A stretch of 64,000 bases of DNA from an uncultured bacterium (GTDB lineage: Bacteria > B130-G9), in contig CBDVDH010000003.1 of NCBI GenBank assembly GCA_965372715.1, positions 34,495-98,494 of the forward strand, in the 5' to 3' direction. The notes beneath the pieces were generated by a model, which was given only the letters and a program-made list of their open reading frames with translations, was not told the DNA's origin and made no database searches. Made by a program: the position numbers and the translations under genes. This document shows positions 47,279 through 56,521 of this stretch, piece by piece. Position 1 is the first letter of the stretch. Each line of letters begins with the position of its first letter.

Positions 47279-48259
47279 ATGTCGGAGATATTTGGGGCGA
47301 TAGACATCGGGACGGGTTCTGTGTTGTGCCTCGCGGTGGAAGAGTCGGCGGATGGCCTGGGCCGGGAGATCGTCAACGAGAGCGTCATAACTGCTCTTGG
47401 GGCGGGCACAGGGAGCGACCCCTCTGTGCGGCAAACGAGCATCGAGCGCACCCTCGCGCCGGTCATCGACTACGTTCAGAAGCTGCGACAGGCCGGCGCG
47501 ACGAGCATTTCAATCGTCGGCACGAGCGCGCTTCGCGAGGCGCCGAACCGGGACGAGTTCATTGAGAGGGTTGAGCGGGAGACGGGCCTCAACGTTGAGG
47601 TGATAAGCGGCGAGGAGGAGGCCCGGCTGACGTTTTGGGGCGCGGCGCACGACCTTTCGACCCACGCGGGGCCAACTGTCGTGATGGACGTGGGCGGCGG
47701 CAGCACGGAGCTCGTTTTTGGCCGTCCGGGTGGGGCAAGGACTGGCGGGGCGACTCCACCCGAGCTCGGCGCCAGTCTCGCCATCGGCTCACTTACCCTC
47801 ACGGATAGATTCGTTACGCGATATCCAATAAGCACCGTTGAGATGAAGCGATTAAGAGCCAGCATCCGCGACGCTCTGGCCGTTGAAAGCGTTGAAGAGC
47901 TCGTTGCACGGGTGAAGAGCGAGTCGGCCAGCCCGCTCTTGGTTGCCGTCGGGGGCTCGGCGACGACGCTGGTTGCGATGGAGCACGAGATTGCGCCCTA
48001 CGTGCCCGCAAGGGTCCACAAGACGCGAATCTCGCGGGAGGTCATACTCAAGCATATCGAGAGGCTCGGGAAGATGTCGCTTTATGAACGTTATGCAGTT
48101 CCGGGCCTGCCAAGCGGTCGGGCGCCCGTGATTGACGCCGGGCTATCGATACTGCACGAACTCTTGGAGCTTTTTGGCGCGGATGCCATGACGGTCTCCG
48201 ACAAGGGCCTCAGATATGGCGTCATCGTCCGTGACAGCCGGCCCCCGCACGCGTGGTGA
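47279..48259 (+). CDS. Ppx/GppA-family exopolyphosphatase / guanosine pentaphosphate phosphohydrolase
   Basis: ASKHA-fold motifs (AIDIGTGSVLCLA ; VGTSALREA.N ; E.ISGEEEARL...G ; DVGGGSTEL). Confidence 0.8.
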   Translation: MSEIFGAIDIGTGSVLCLAVEESADGLGREIVNESVITALGAGTGSDPSVRQTSIERTLAPVIDYVQKLRQAGATSISIVGTSALREAPNRDEFIERVERETGLNVEVISGEEEARLTFWGAAHDLSTHAGPTVVMDVGGGSTELVFGRPGGARTGGATPPELGASLAIGSLTLTDRFVTRYPISTVEMKRLRASIRDALAVESVEELVARVKSESASPLLVAVGGSATTLVAMEHEIAPYVPARVHKTRISREVILKHIERLGKMSLYERYAVPGLPSGRAPVIDAGLSILHELLELFGADAMTVSDKGLRYGVIVRDSRPPHAW

Positions 48260-48361
48260 GGCTCTCAAACCACAATTCGGTTGAGGGCTTGTCTCCGACC
48301 ATACCGACACCAACATCTTGTGTTGGAAATCGGGCACAGGAAGGCTGTTTAATAATTCGCT

Positions 48362-48535
48362 GTGGGCCGGTAGGGGCGCGGTCTCTGACCCGCCCGCCTA
48401 CATGAATCCCTGCGGATACGAGGCATCTTATCCCGAATAATTCAAGGCCGTGACTCTCGTCGGTGTAGGGCAGGCTTTCCGAGGCTGGGTCATAAGTCGG
48501 TGTCGGGCATCGTAGGGGCACTGCTTGCCGTGCCC
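48362..48535. repeat. Composite GC-rich hairpin repeat (family A), homologous to 2576-2728
   Basis: 48369-48430 is ~90% identical to the reverse complement of 2664-2728. 48462-48535 resembles 2576-2650 (GTAGGGCAGGCTTTCCGAGGCTGGGTCATAAGTCG...). Confidence 0.65.
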
Positions 48536-48559
48536 TTCTCTGATCTGACTGAACCCATC

Positions 48560-48586
48560 AAGGGCGGGGCAAGCACCGCCCCTACA
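48560..48586. repeat. AAGGGCGGGGCAAGCACCGCCCCTACA hairpin unit (family A)
   Basis: Identical 27-mer recurs at 48887-48913. Related unit at 23546-23571. Confidence 0.7.
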
Positions 48587-48886
48587 GACATCACTGCCCG
48601 TTGGGAGCCAAACTCCAGGCGTTTCGATCCAATAGAACACGGCCACATTGATCTTGACAATTGGCAGCATTTCTTGTATCATCTTTGTGCAAGTGAACGA
48701 AAGAACCTCCACGCGCCGACTTATGGGACAGCCTCTTCCAGCCTGCCAAAGACAGAGGCTCGCGCAACAGAGTGTTTCATGTGAGGGATACGGAGATCGC
48801 TGCAAAAGGCAGGCTGGAAAGCCCGCCCCACATCTCATCGCATCCTCAGTTTGTGAATAATACGGGTTATGCGACCATCAATTCGA

Positions 48887-48913
48887 AAGGGCGGGGCAAG
48901 CACCGCCCCTACA
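48887..48913. repeat. AAGGGCGGGGCAAGCACCGCCCCTACA hairpin unit (family A), second identical copy
   Basis: Exact 27-nt repeat of 48560-48586. Confidence 0.7.
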
Positions 48914-48986
48914 CGGCGTTTACGCACGTCACACCACAATTGGTCAGCACCTCAAAAAGAGGCAGTTATCCGTGAGTGGCATGCGC

Positions 48987-51092
48987 TCAGACGTATTGCA
49001 GCCGATACAGGTCGTAGTAGATGCCGCGCCTCGTCAGGAGTTCTCGATGGGTGCCTTCCTCGCGGAGGCGACCCTTGTGCAGGACGATGATGCGGTCGGC
49101 GTGCTCTATTGTGCTGAGGCGGTGGGCGACGATGAGGCATGTTCGGCCCTTTGTCAGGTTGATGAGGGCCTCCTGAATGAGTGACTCGGTCTCCGGGTCG
49201 ATGTTCGAGGTCGCCTCGTCCAGGACGAGTATTCTTGGGTCAAACGCCAGCACACGGGCGAACGCCAGCAATTGCTTCTCGCCGGCCGACAATGTCGCGC
49301 CTCGTTCAACAACAGGCTCCTCGAGACCTTTGGGGAGGCGGGAGATGAGGCGGTTTGCGCGAGCAATTTGGACGCTTTTTTCAACTGTCGCATCGTCGAT
49401 GCCCGCCTCATTGAGCCTGATGTTGCCTCCGACAGTGGTAGAGAAGAGGAAGACGTCCTGCTGAACCACGCCGATCATCTTCCTGAGGTTTTCGAGCGAG
49501 AGTCGGGCGATGTCGGCACCGTCGATGAGTATCTTTCCCTTTTGGAGAAGGTAGAGGCGCGACAGCAGGCTTGTCATCGTCGTCTTCCCGGCGCCGGTCG
49601 CGCCGACTATCGCGAGCGTTTCGCCGGGCCTCACCTTGAATGAGACGTCCTTCAGGACCCAGTTATCGTCGCCGTAGGCGAACCAGACGTCCTTGAACTC
49701 AACGCTCGTGTCCCTCGGCGCGGATACTTCGGGCAGCGCGGCGATTCTCGGCTCCACGTCCCTGTCCAGCAGCTGGAAGATCCGCTCGGAGGACGCCATC
49801 GCGGCCTGGATGATGTTGAACTTCTCCGTCAAGTCGTGTATCGGCCTGAAGAACATCCTCATGTAAGCGATAAACGCGACGAATATGCCCAGCGTAACCT
49901 CATTTTGGACAACTCGGCCGCCGCCATACCAGATGATGAGCGCGACCGCCGTGTTGTTCAGAATCCAGACAGTGGGTCTGAAGACGGCCATTATCATTAT
50001 CTGTTTCTTTCGCCATGAGAACACTTCGTGGTTGACGTCCTGGAACTTCTTGTCGATCCGCCCCTCCTGGCAGAACGCCTGTATCACGCTCATGCCGGAG
50101 ATAAACTCCGCGAACGACGCGTTCATCTTGGCGATCTTGACCCTTATCTTGCGGTATGCGCTTCGCGCTTTTCTTCGGAACACGATCGACACGTATATGA
50201 CTAGTGGCAGGATGGTGAACGCGACGAGGGCGAACTTCACGCTCATGTAGAGCATGACGCCGGCGATGGCCAGCAGCATCAGCACGTCCTTGATGATTGT
50301 AATGAGAATCGCGCCGAACATCTCCTCCAGCGTGGAGAAGTCGTTGGTGGTTCGGGTTACGAGTCGTCCGACCGGAGACCTGTCGAAGAACGCAAGAGGC
50401 AGCCTTTGGATGTGGTCAAACAGGGACAGCCTCAGGTCGAAAAGCGCCCGCTGGCTCGTGTATTGCATCAAATAGACGTGAGCGTAGAAGATGATGAAGT
50501 TGACGACGAGTATCGACAGGAAGATGACGCCCAGGGTCTTCAGGCCGCTCAGGTCTTTCCCACGCAGCGTGAGCAGGTCCCCGAGCGGCAGCTTGCTGAG
50601 CTTTTCGACCTCGACGTAGAAGCCACCATCGGATTCTGCGAAGGCATTCTTGCGACAGATATCCGCAACCTGCCGCCATTTGCTCGGCGGATAGTTGCTC
50701 TTCAGAATCAGATAGATGCGCTCGTCGCCGATCAGTCCTTTGTCTCCTAGAAGCTTGAGGTCGGCGGACAGCAGGTTGTTGGTCTGCGTGGTGTCGATAA
50801 GGAACTCGGTCTTCGATATGGGCACGAGCAAGTCCTTGTATTGCCGATAGAAGCGCTCACGAAGCGAGTTGTCTTCGAGCGTTATCATCTTGCTCGCGAC
50901 CGCGATGTGCCGGTCGATGGCCAGCCGCGTCAGATACGGCAGCGAGACGTCGAATCCCGCGCTTATGATGACAAGGAACGCGCAAAGCGCGATGATCGGC
51001 CAATAAGGCTTGGCATACTTGAGCAGGCGCTTCATCAGGCGCCAATCGTAAGGCCGGTCTAGAGCATCCTCGGGGTAGTAATCGTCATTCAT
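48987..51092 (-). CDS. Fused ABC exporter (TMD + NBD, MsbA/type-I exporter family), subunit 1 of a probable heterodimer
   Basis: 6-TM ABC_membrane domain with an unusually long N-terminal extracytoplasmic loop. NBD Walker A GATGAGKTT, signature LSAGEKQLLAFARV, Walker B LVLDEATSNID. Confidence 0.85.
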   Translation of the reverse strand: MNDDYYPEDALDRPYDWRLMKRLLKYAKPYWPIIALCAFLVIISAGFDVSLPYLTRLAIDRHIAVASKMITLEDNSLRERFYRQYKDLLVPISKTEFLIDTTQTNNLLSADLKLLGDKGLIGDERIYLILKSNYPPSKWRQVADICRKNAFAESDGGFYVEVEKLSKLPLGDLLTLRGKDLSGLKTLGVIFLSILVVNFIIFYAHVYLMQYTSQRALFDLRLSLFDHIQRLPLAFFDRSPVGRLVTRTTNDFSTLEEMFGAILITIIKDVLMLLAIAGVMLYMSVKFALVAFTILPLVIYVSIVFRRKARSAYRKIRVKIAKMNASFAEFISGMSVIQAFCQEGRIDKKFQDVNHEVFSWRKKQIMIMAVFRPTVWILNNTAVALIIWYGGGRVVQNEVTLGIFVAFIAYMRMFFRPIHDLTEKFNIIQAAMASSERIFQLLDRDVEPRIAALPEVSAPRDTSVEFKDVWFAYGDDNWVLKDVSFKVRPGETLAIVGATGAGKTTMTSLLSRLYLLQKGKILIDGADIARLSLENLRKMIGVVQQDVFLFSTTVGGNIRLNEAGIDDATVEKSVQIARANRLISRLPKGLEEPVVERGATLSAGEKQLLAFARVLAFDPRILVLDEATSNIDPETESLIQEALINLTKGRTCLIVAHRLSTIEHADRIIVLHKGRLREEGTHRELLTRRGIYYDLYRLQYV

Positions 51093-51113
51093 TTGCTATC
51101 CAAATAGTACGAA

Positions 51114-51211
51114 CCACAGAGACACAGAGACACAGAGAAAGAGTCGCTAGCGCGGTGCCAGTCCGACTTGTCGTCCACTCAGTCAATCTGCGTAATCTGC
51201 GTAATCTGCGG
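51114..51211. repeat. Short triple-tandem motifs between the two ABC exporter genes
   Basis: CCACAGAGACACAGAGACACAGAGAAAGAG (51114-51143) and AATCTGCGTAATCTGCGTAATCTGCGG (51185-51211). The second motif also occurs at 1187-1213. The first also occurs at 7090-7111 (reverse complement), 12869-12894 (reverse complement) and 23470-23488. Confidence 0.7.
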
Positions 51212-51221
51212 ACAGAACCTC

Positions 51222-53030
51222 TCATGAATCTCTCGCAAGCCTTTCCTCGATCTGCTGCTTGGCGAAGAGCGCCGCGTAGATGCCGCCCTCCTTGAGCAGC
51301 TTCTTGTGCGTGCCTCGTTGTTTCACCTGGCCTTCGTCGAGGACGATTATCTCGTCCGCCAGCTGCACCGCCGAGAGCCGGTGCGAGACGATTATCGTTG
51401 TGACATTCTCGATCGCATCCCTCAGGTTACCGAGTATCTGGGCCTCAGTCTCGGTATCGACGGCGGACAGGCAATCATCGAGGAGAAGGACGGGCGGGTT
51501 CTTTACTAGAGCTCTGGCAATGGCAACGCGCTGTTTCTGGCCGCCGGAGAGCATCACGCCTCGCTCGCCAACGATCGTGTCGTATCCGTTGGGGAAATCT
51601 GCAATGTCTTTGTCAATCGCCGACCTGCGCGCAAACTCCTTGACCGCAGACTCGTCAAGCTCCTCTTGGCCGAAGGCGATGTTCTCCCCGATGCTCTCTG
51701 AGAATAGGAAGGAGTCCTGCGGTACGTACCCGAAGAGCCTCCTTAAAGCGTGCGTTCTCAGCTTCCTGGCGTCCACGCCGTCAATGAAGAGCGTGCCCGG
51801 CGGCGGGTCGAATTCACGCAACAGGAGTCGGACGATCGTGCTCTTGCCCGCGCCTGTGCGGCCCACAATCGCTAACGTCTTGCCCGGCGCAACATCGAAA
51901 CTGACATTTGAGAGGACAGGCGCGACGCCATCGCCGTAAGCGAAGGTCAGGTCCCTACACTCGATACGTCCAGGGCAGCTGGGCGGCTCGAAGGGGTTCG
52001 GCTCGTCAACGATCTCGGGCCTGACGTTCATAACGCGATTGATGCGCCCCATCGAGGCGGCGCCGCGTTGGAGCAGGTTTATCAACCATCCGAGGGCGAT
52101 CATCGGCCAGGTCAGCGTCTCGAGGTACATCGAGAAGGCGAAGAAGCTGCCGACTGACATTTGGCCCAAGATGACGTCTGAGCCCCCCTTATAGAACGCT
52201 ATGGCCATTGACAGGCCAGCCAAAAGCCATATAAGCGGCATGAACGCGCCCCAAATCCTGACAAGGCGCATGTTGTCCTTGACATAGTCCCAGCTGACAT
52301 CCCTCACGCGGTCGAGCTCGCCCGCCTCCTGCCCGAACGTCTTGACGACCCTTATCCCCGCAAAGCTGTCCCTGATCTTCTCGGTCATGTCCGAGACGCG
52401 CGCCTGAACCACCTCGAAGCGAGAATGGACCATGCGTCCGAACTTGATGACGACGACCGTCAGAATCGGCAGCGGCAGCAGCGCGTAGAGCGCCAGGCCG
52501 GCGTTGATATAGATCATCATCGCAATCGCGGCAGCCGCGAAGAGAAAGCCGTCGATCATCGTGATAATCCCCATCCCGCAGGCGAGCCGGACCTTCTCCG
52601 TGTCGTTCGAGATGCGGGCCATCAGATCGCCCGTTTTGCTGTGCTGGAAGAATCGCTGCGAGAGCGTGAGTAGGTGGCTGAAGAACTTGCCGCGAATCTG
52701 CTCGGAGATACGCTCAGCGGTAACAATCAGAAAGAAGAACCAAAAGAACCGACTGATCGCCATTATTAGGCCGATGACGAACACTGCAACGGCGAAGAGC
52801 GGAATGTCCGACAGGTGGATTGTTCCCGCCGTCATGAGGTCAACGAGGCGCCGGATGATCAGCGGCGTGATGAGTTGCACTGCGTCAACGATGAGCAGGG
52901 CGACGATTCCCCACATCGTGTAGCGCCGGTACTGCCAGAAGTAGGACGCGATAGCCCGAAGCGACTCGCGCTTCTCGCGCCTCGCGCTTCTGTTCTTTAC
53001 TCGTGAGTCGTGCTTCATCGTCCTTCCCAA
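51222..53030 (-). CDS. Fused ABC exporter (TMD + NBD), subunit 2
   Basis: Walker A GRTGAGKST, signature LSGGQKQRVAIARAL, Walker B LLLDDCLSAVD. It is adjacent to and co-oriented with subunit 1. Confidence 0.85.
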   Translation of the reverse strand: MGRTMKHDSRVKNRSARREKRESLRAIASYFWQYRRYTMWGIVALLIVDAVQLITPLIIRRLVDLMTAGTIHLSDIPLFAVAVFVIGLIMAISRFFWFFFLIVTAERISEQIRGKFFSHLLTLSQRFFQHSKTGDLMARISNDTEKVRLACGMGIITMIDGFLFAAAAIAMMIYINAGLALYALLPLPILTVVVIKFGRMVHSRFEVVQARVSDMTEKIRDSFAGIRVVKTFGQEAGELDRVRDVSWDYVKDNMRLVRIWGAFMPLIWLLAGLSMAIAFYKGGSDVILGQMSVGSFFAFSMYLETLTWPMIALGWLINLLQRGAASMGRINRVMNVRPEIVDEPNPFEPPSCPGRIECRDLTFAYGDGVAPVLSNVSFDVAPGKTLAIVGRTGAGKSTIVRLLLREFDPPPGTLFIDGVDARKLRTHALRRLFGYVPQDSFLFSESIGENIAFGQEELDESAVKEFARRSAIDKDIADFPNGYDTIVGERGVMLSGGQKQRVAIARALVKNPPVLLLDDCLSAVDTETEAQILGNLRDAIENVTTIIVSHRLSAVQLADEIIVLDEGQVKQRGTHKKLLKEGGIYAALFAKQQIEERLARDS

Positions 53031-53328
53031 GACAGGCTTTACTTGTCTTGGGGCATCCTATAGCGGCATCGACCGCTTGTAAAGCGGGGCCTCTTGGCCC
53101 GAAAATCAGATTGCTATCAGTGGATGCGTCGGGTCAGACCGGCTTGGCGAGTTTAGAAGGCAATTGAGGCAGCGAGATTTGGCTGAGGAGTTGCACCAGA
53201 TGGGTGCTTTGGAGTGCGGTGGCTTGACACCGCTTTGGCTCGCCGCGGCCTGACCCGGCGCCCGCTTCGATTGATCATTCAGGGTTGCTGAAATCGTCCA
53301 TTCACCGCCAACAAAGCACTTCTGGGAA

Positions 53329-53379
53329 GGCGGTGCCAGGTCACCGCCAATGAAAGCGGCGTCAGGCCGCCGCACTCCA
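53329..53379. repeat. Double-hairpin repeat element, family B copy 2
   Basis: GGCGGTGCCAGGTCACCGCC-AATGAAA-GCGGCGTCAGGCCGCCGC-ACTCCA has the same architecture as 16989-17039. Confidence 0.6.
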
Positions 53380-53575
53380 AATGGTCCCCTCCTGTCCGTA
53401 TCAATCTGGTTATGGGGGCTTGGCCGGGTTTCACCCTGGATCGCAGGTAACTTTGGGTCGTAGCCTTGGTCCCCGCAAATCGGTACACGCTTACCGTTTA
53501 GACGGGCTCGGGCATACTTCAAACTGACGGGGCCCTTGTCGCCCGGCTTTAGCCGAGGCGACGAAAAGGCGCCGT

Positions 53576-53680
53576 TGTGTAGGGGCGATTCACAAAGCGT
53601 CAGCGCGACGGAATGTCAAGTCGCCCCTTATGTGTTCGATACGATGAGGCTAGGGCGGCTCGTGAGCCGCCCCTACATGC
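53576..53680. repeat. GTAGGGGCG-type hairpin repeats (family A), two units
   Basis: TGTGTAGGGGCGATT...AAGTCGCCCCTTATGTG is an inverted pair. CTAGGGCGGCTCGTGAGCCGCCCCTACATGC follows. Confidence 0.6.
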
Positions 53681-53758
53681 CCCGTGCATACTTATGCGCA
53701 GCATCGCTTTATCTCAAGGGATGATCCCTTTCAACGGCTGCGGGTACTTTCAGCCCCG

Positions 53759-55945
53759 TCACCCCTTCTTAATCATCAACTTCCTCGTGGCCGGAGCTGA
53801 CCAGCTACCGTCGTCGTCCTGAACCTCGAACGAGATCGTGTGTCTCCCGACGGAGAGACCGCTGGTAGTGAAGTCCGCAAGGTCGCTGAGAAACCCGTCG
53901 CGGTTGGAAGTCCACTTATAGGCAACGACGTCCCCGTCGCTGTCCGTGCCCGAACCAATGAAGTGAACCTCCTGGCCTTCTGTCGCGGGATTCGGGTCGA
54001 TCAAATCGATTTGAGCGGTCGGCGGCGTGTTCTCGCCCTCACCCGCGATGATCTCCAACGTGTCTGTGGCTGGCTCGGACCAGGCGCCGTCGTCGTCCTG
54101 AACCTCGAACGAGATGGTGTGCGTGCCTACCGTGAGCTCAATGGCCGGCTTAGAGAAATCCTCATCGGTGCTGAGGACCCCCCCCTCGAGGTTGGAAGTC
54201 CACTCATAGGCAACGACGCTCCCGTCGCTGTCCGTGCCTGAACCACTGAAGACAACCGTATGCTCGCCCTGTGTCGCCGGATTTGGCTGAATCGAATCGA
54301 TGTAAGCGGTCGGCGGCGTGTTGTCGCCCTCACCCGCGATGATCTCCAACGTGTCTGTGGCTGGCTCGGACCAGGCGCCGTCGTCGTCCTGAACCTCGAA
54401 CGAGATGGTGTGCGTGCCTACCGTGAGCTCAATGGCCGGCTTAGAGAAACTCGCCTGGGTGCTGAGGACCCCCGCCTCAAGGTTGGAAGTCCACTCATAA
54501 GCAACGATGTCCCCGTCGCTGTCCGTGCCTGAACCACTGAACACAACCGTATGCTCGCCCTGTGTCGCTGGATTCGGTGTTATCGAATCGATAACAGCAG
54601 TCGGCGGCGTGTTCTCGCCCTCGCCCCCCAGGCCCGCAACGTTGAGCAGCGGCTCCGGATTCGCGTCAGGGTCGCCCGTGAAGCCTTTCTCGCCATCTTG
54701 CGGGACGCTGTAGATATCAATCAAAGCCTGGCGAACTGCCGCAACGTCAGCCGCATTTGTGGGCTTGCCATTGACCCAAATGTTGCGATTGACCGAAATG
54801 TACAGGGCCGCGGCGCCCGCAACGTGAGGTGAGGCCATACTCGTCCCGCTTCCAGTCTCGTAGCCGTCTCCTAGATAGGTTGAGTAGATGTCAACGCCCG
54901 GGGCCGCTAGGTCGATTGCGGCGCCGGGAGAATTAACCGGATTGCCTTTGACAACACTTCGGCTGAAGTTGCTGAACGATGCGAACGTGTCATCGGCTCC
55001 GTAACTTGTTGCCTCACCACCACCGCCCGGTTGCCCGTCAGAATCAGCCATAGCCGACACAGCCGCTACTTCAGGGTAAGCCGCAGGAATAATATCGTCT
55101 CTGGTTCCGAACTTGCGATCACGACCATAGACATCTCTCCTGTCATTGCCAGCCGCCACGGCGTAGAAGACACCAGCAGCGACGCTGTTTTGGAGAGCGA
55201 GGCGGAGAGAATCAAGTTTCCCGGTCCCACTCAGGCTCATATTGGCAACGTCGATCTCGTCGGCACGCTCGGTCACCCAGTCTATCCCAGCGATGACCCA
55301 GGAAAAGTCTCCGGAGCCTGTGCTATCGAGCACTTTCACTGACCACAGCCTGGCGCCGGGGGCCACGCCAACCACGCCGATGCCATCGTCAATAGCGGCT
55401 GCGGTCCCTGCAACATGGGAGCCGTGGCCGTTGTCATCGTTGCCGTCCGGATTCTCACCTTTTGTGTTCGTGAAGTTGGCACCGCGATAACAATTGAGGT
55501 CCCGATGTGTGCTGATGCCAGTATCTATGATGGCGATATCCACATCCATGGGATCATCGTAGCCATCAATCTTGGCCGCCGGACTCGAATCAGCGTCAAT
55601 GCGATCGACGCCCGTGGGAGTCTCCTGCTGTATGGCATAGGCAATTCTATCAGGCTCAATGAATCTGACCCGGGGATCGGATTCCACGGCCCACAGCCTC
55701 TGGGCGGGAATGTGTGCGGAGAAACCCTTCAGCGCTACGCGATAGGTGTGGCCCACAATCAACCCATGCCGAGCTGATAGCTCGTGAGCCACATCTGCCG
55801 GATTAGCCACGTCATCATGTAGAACAATGATGAACTGACCGGGAACGATTTCGCTTGACTGTGGCGCGGTTCGGACTGATGAATCAGCCGCAACCACAAA
55901 GGCCAGCGTCAAGACCAGAAACGAGACCATAGCGATCTTCTTCAT
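53759..55945 (-). CDS. Secreted subtilisin-like serine protease (S8) with I9 propeptide and three tandem C-terminal PKD/Ig-like domains
   Basis: Signal peptide. Catalytic D/H/S motifs (AIIDTGI ; HGSHVAGTAAA ; GTSMASPHVAGAAAL). Three ~95-aa near-identical repeats (TPPTA.IDSI.PNPATQGEHTVVFSGSGTDSDG.VVAYEWTSNLE.GVLST...TVGTHTISFEVQDDDGAWSEPATDTLEIIAGEG). These are visible as near-identical ~285-bp DNA tandem repeats around 53990-54700. Confidence 0.85.
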   Translation of the reverse strand: MKKIAMVSFLVLTLAFVVAADSSVRTAPQSSEIVPGQFIIVLHDDVANPADVAHELSARHGLIVGHTYRVALKGFSAHIPAQRLWAVESDPRVRFIEPDRIAYAIQQETPTGVDRIDADSSPAAKIDGYDDPMDVDIAIIDTGISTHRDLNCYRGANFTNTKGENPDGNDDNGHGSHVAGTAAAIDDGIGVVGVAPGARLWSVKVLDSTGSGDFSWVIAGIDWVTERADEIDVANMSLSGTGKLDSLRLALQNSVAAGVFYAVAAGNDRRDVYGRDRKFGTRDDIIPAAYPEVAAVSAMADSDGQPGGGGEATSYGADDTFASFSNFSRSVVKGNPVNSPGAAIDLAAPGVDIYSTYLGDGYETGSGTSMASPHVAGAAALYISVNRNIWVNGKPTNAADVAAVRQALIDIYSVPQDGEKGFTGDPDANPEPLLNVAGLGGEGENTPPTAVIDSITPNPATQGEHTVVFSGSGTDSDGDIVAYEWTSNLEAGVLSTQASFSKPAIELTVGTHTISFEVQDDDGAWSEPATDTLEIIAGEGDNTPPTAYIDSIQPNPATQGEHTVVFSGSGTDSDGSVVAYEWTSNLEGGVLSTDEDFSKPAIELTVGTHTISFEVQDDDGAWSEPATDTLEIIAGEGENTPPTAQIDLIDPNPATEGQEVHFIGSGTDSDGDVVAYKWTSNRDGFLSDLADFTTSGLSVGRHTISFEVQDDDGSWSAPATRKLMIKKG

Positions 55946-56472
55946 TTGTTTTCCTCCTTCAGGAAATAAGTCTCTCTCGACTAAAAAAGCAAAGGCGGCC
56001 TGTGCATTTGCTGGAGTGGCGACGAATGAGCTCGCCGCCTCGCTATTTGCTGTTTGGTGATTAACGTCCGCTGAACTTCTACCTCAAGGCATTACCCCTT
56101 TCGCTATTCGCCTTCATTTCTGAGGCTGCTTCGCCTACAGCTTAAGAAAACTCTAAGTGGGGAGAGTTTTGGCGAGCGAATCAGCAGGAGCGACCTTCGA
56201 GAGCACTAGGAGCACGTATCACACGAGCCCGAGCTTCAGAAAGGCAACTGTGTCTGAACGCTCTTTGCTACCTGTGTTACAAAGAGCTCAACCCGCCCAA
56301 AGACTCCCACACTCACAGTTCAGCGCAGAACATCTGCCATGTCAAGGGTTTTTTCTTGGAGGAGTTCTCCGAAAGAACGGGAATCCTCCTTTTCAGCCGA
56401 CGTTGGCCGCGCGGTGAATTCCAAGTTAGGGGTGGGGATGCCCGGCAGATCGGGCGGCCAGCCCTTGACCTA

Positions 56473-56510
56473 CACGGGCGGGTCTTCAGACCACGCCCTA
56501 CATGAATTTC
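56473..56510. repeat. Family A repeat unit ACGGGCGGGTCTTCAGACCACGCCCTACATGAATTTCC
   Basis: Near-identical to 58401-58439 and to the reverse complement of 2680-2720. Both local copies are followed by a TTTTCTCCC tract. Confidence 0.65.
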
Positions 56511-56521
56511 CTTTTCTCCCC

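Noticed and set aside
53106-53522. 138-aa ORF in the protease/ABC intergenic region.
   Set aside because: It overlaps the family-B repeat element and other GC-rich palindromes. It has no motifs, an unusual composition and no RBS. It is treated as non-coding.
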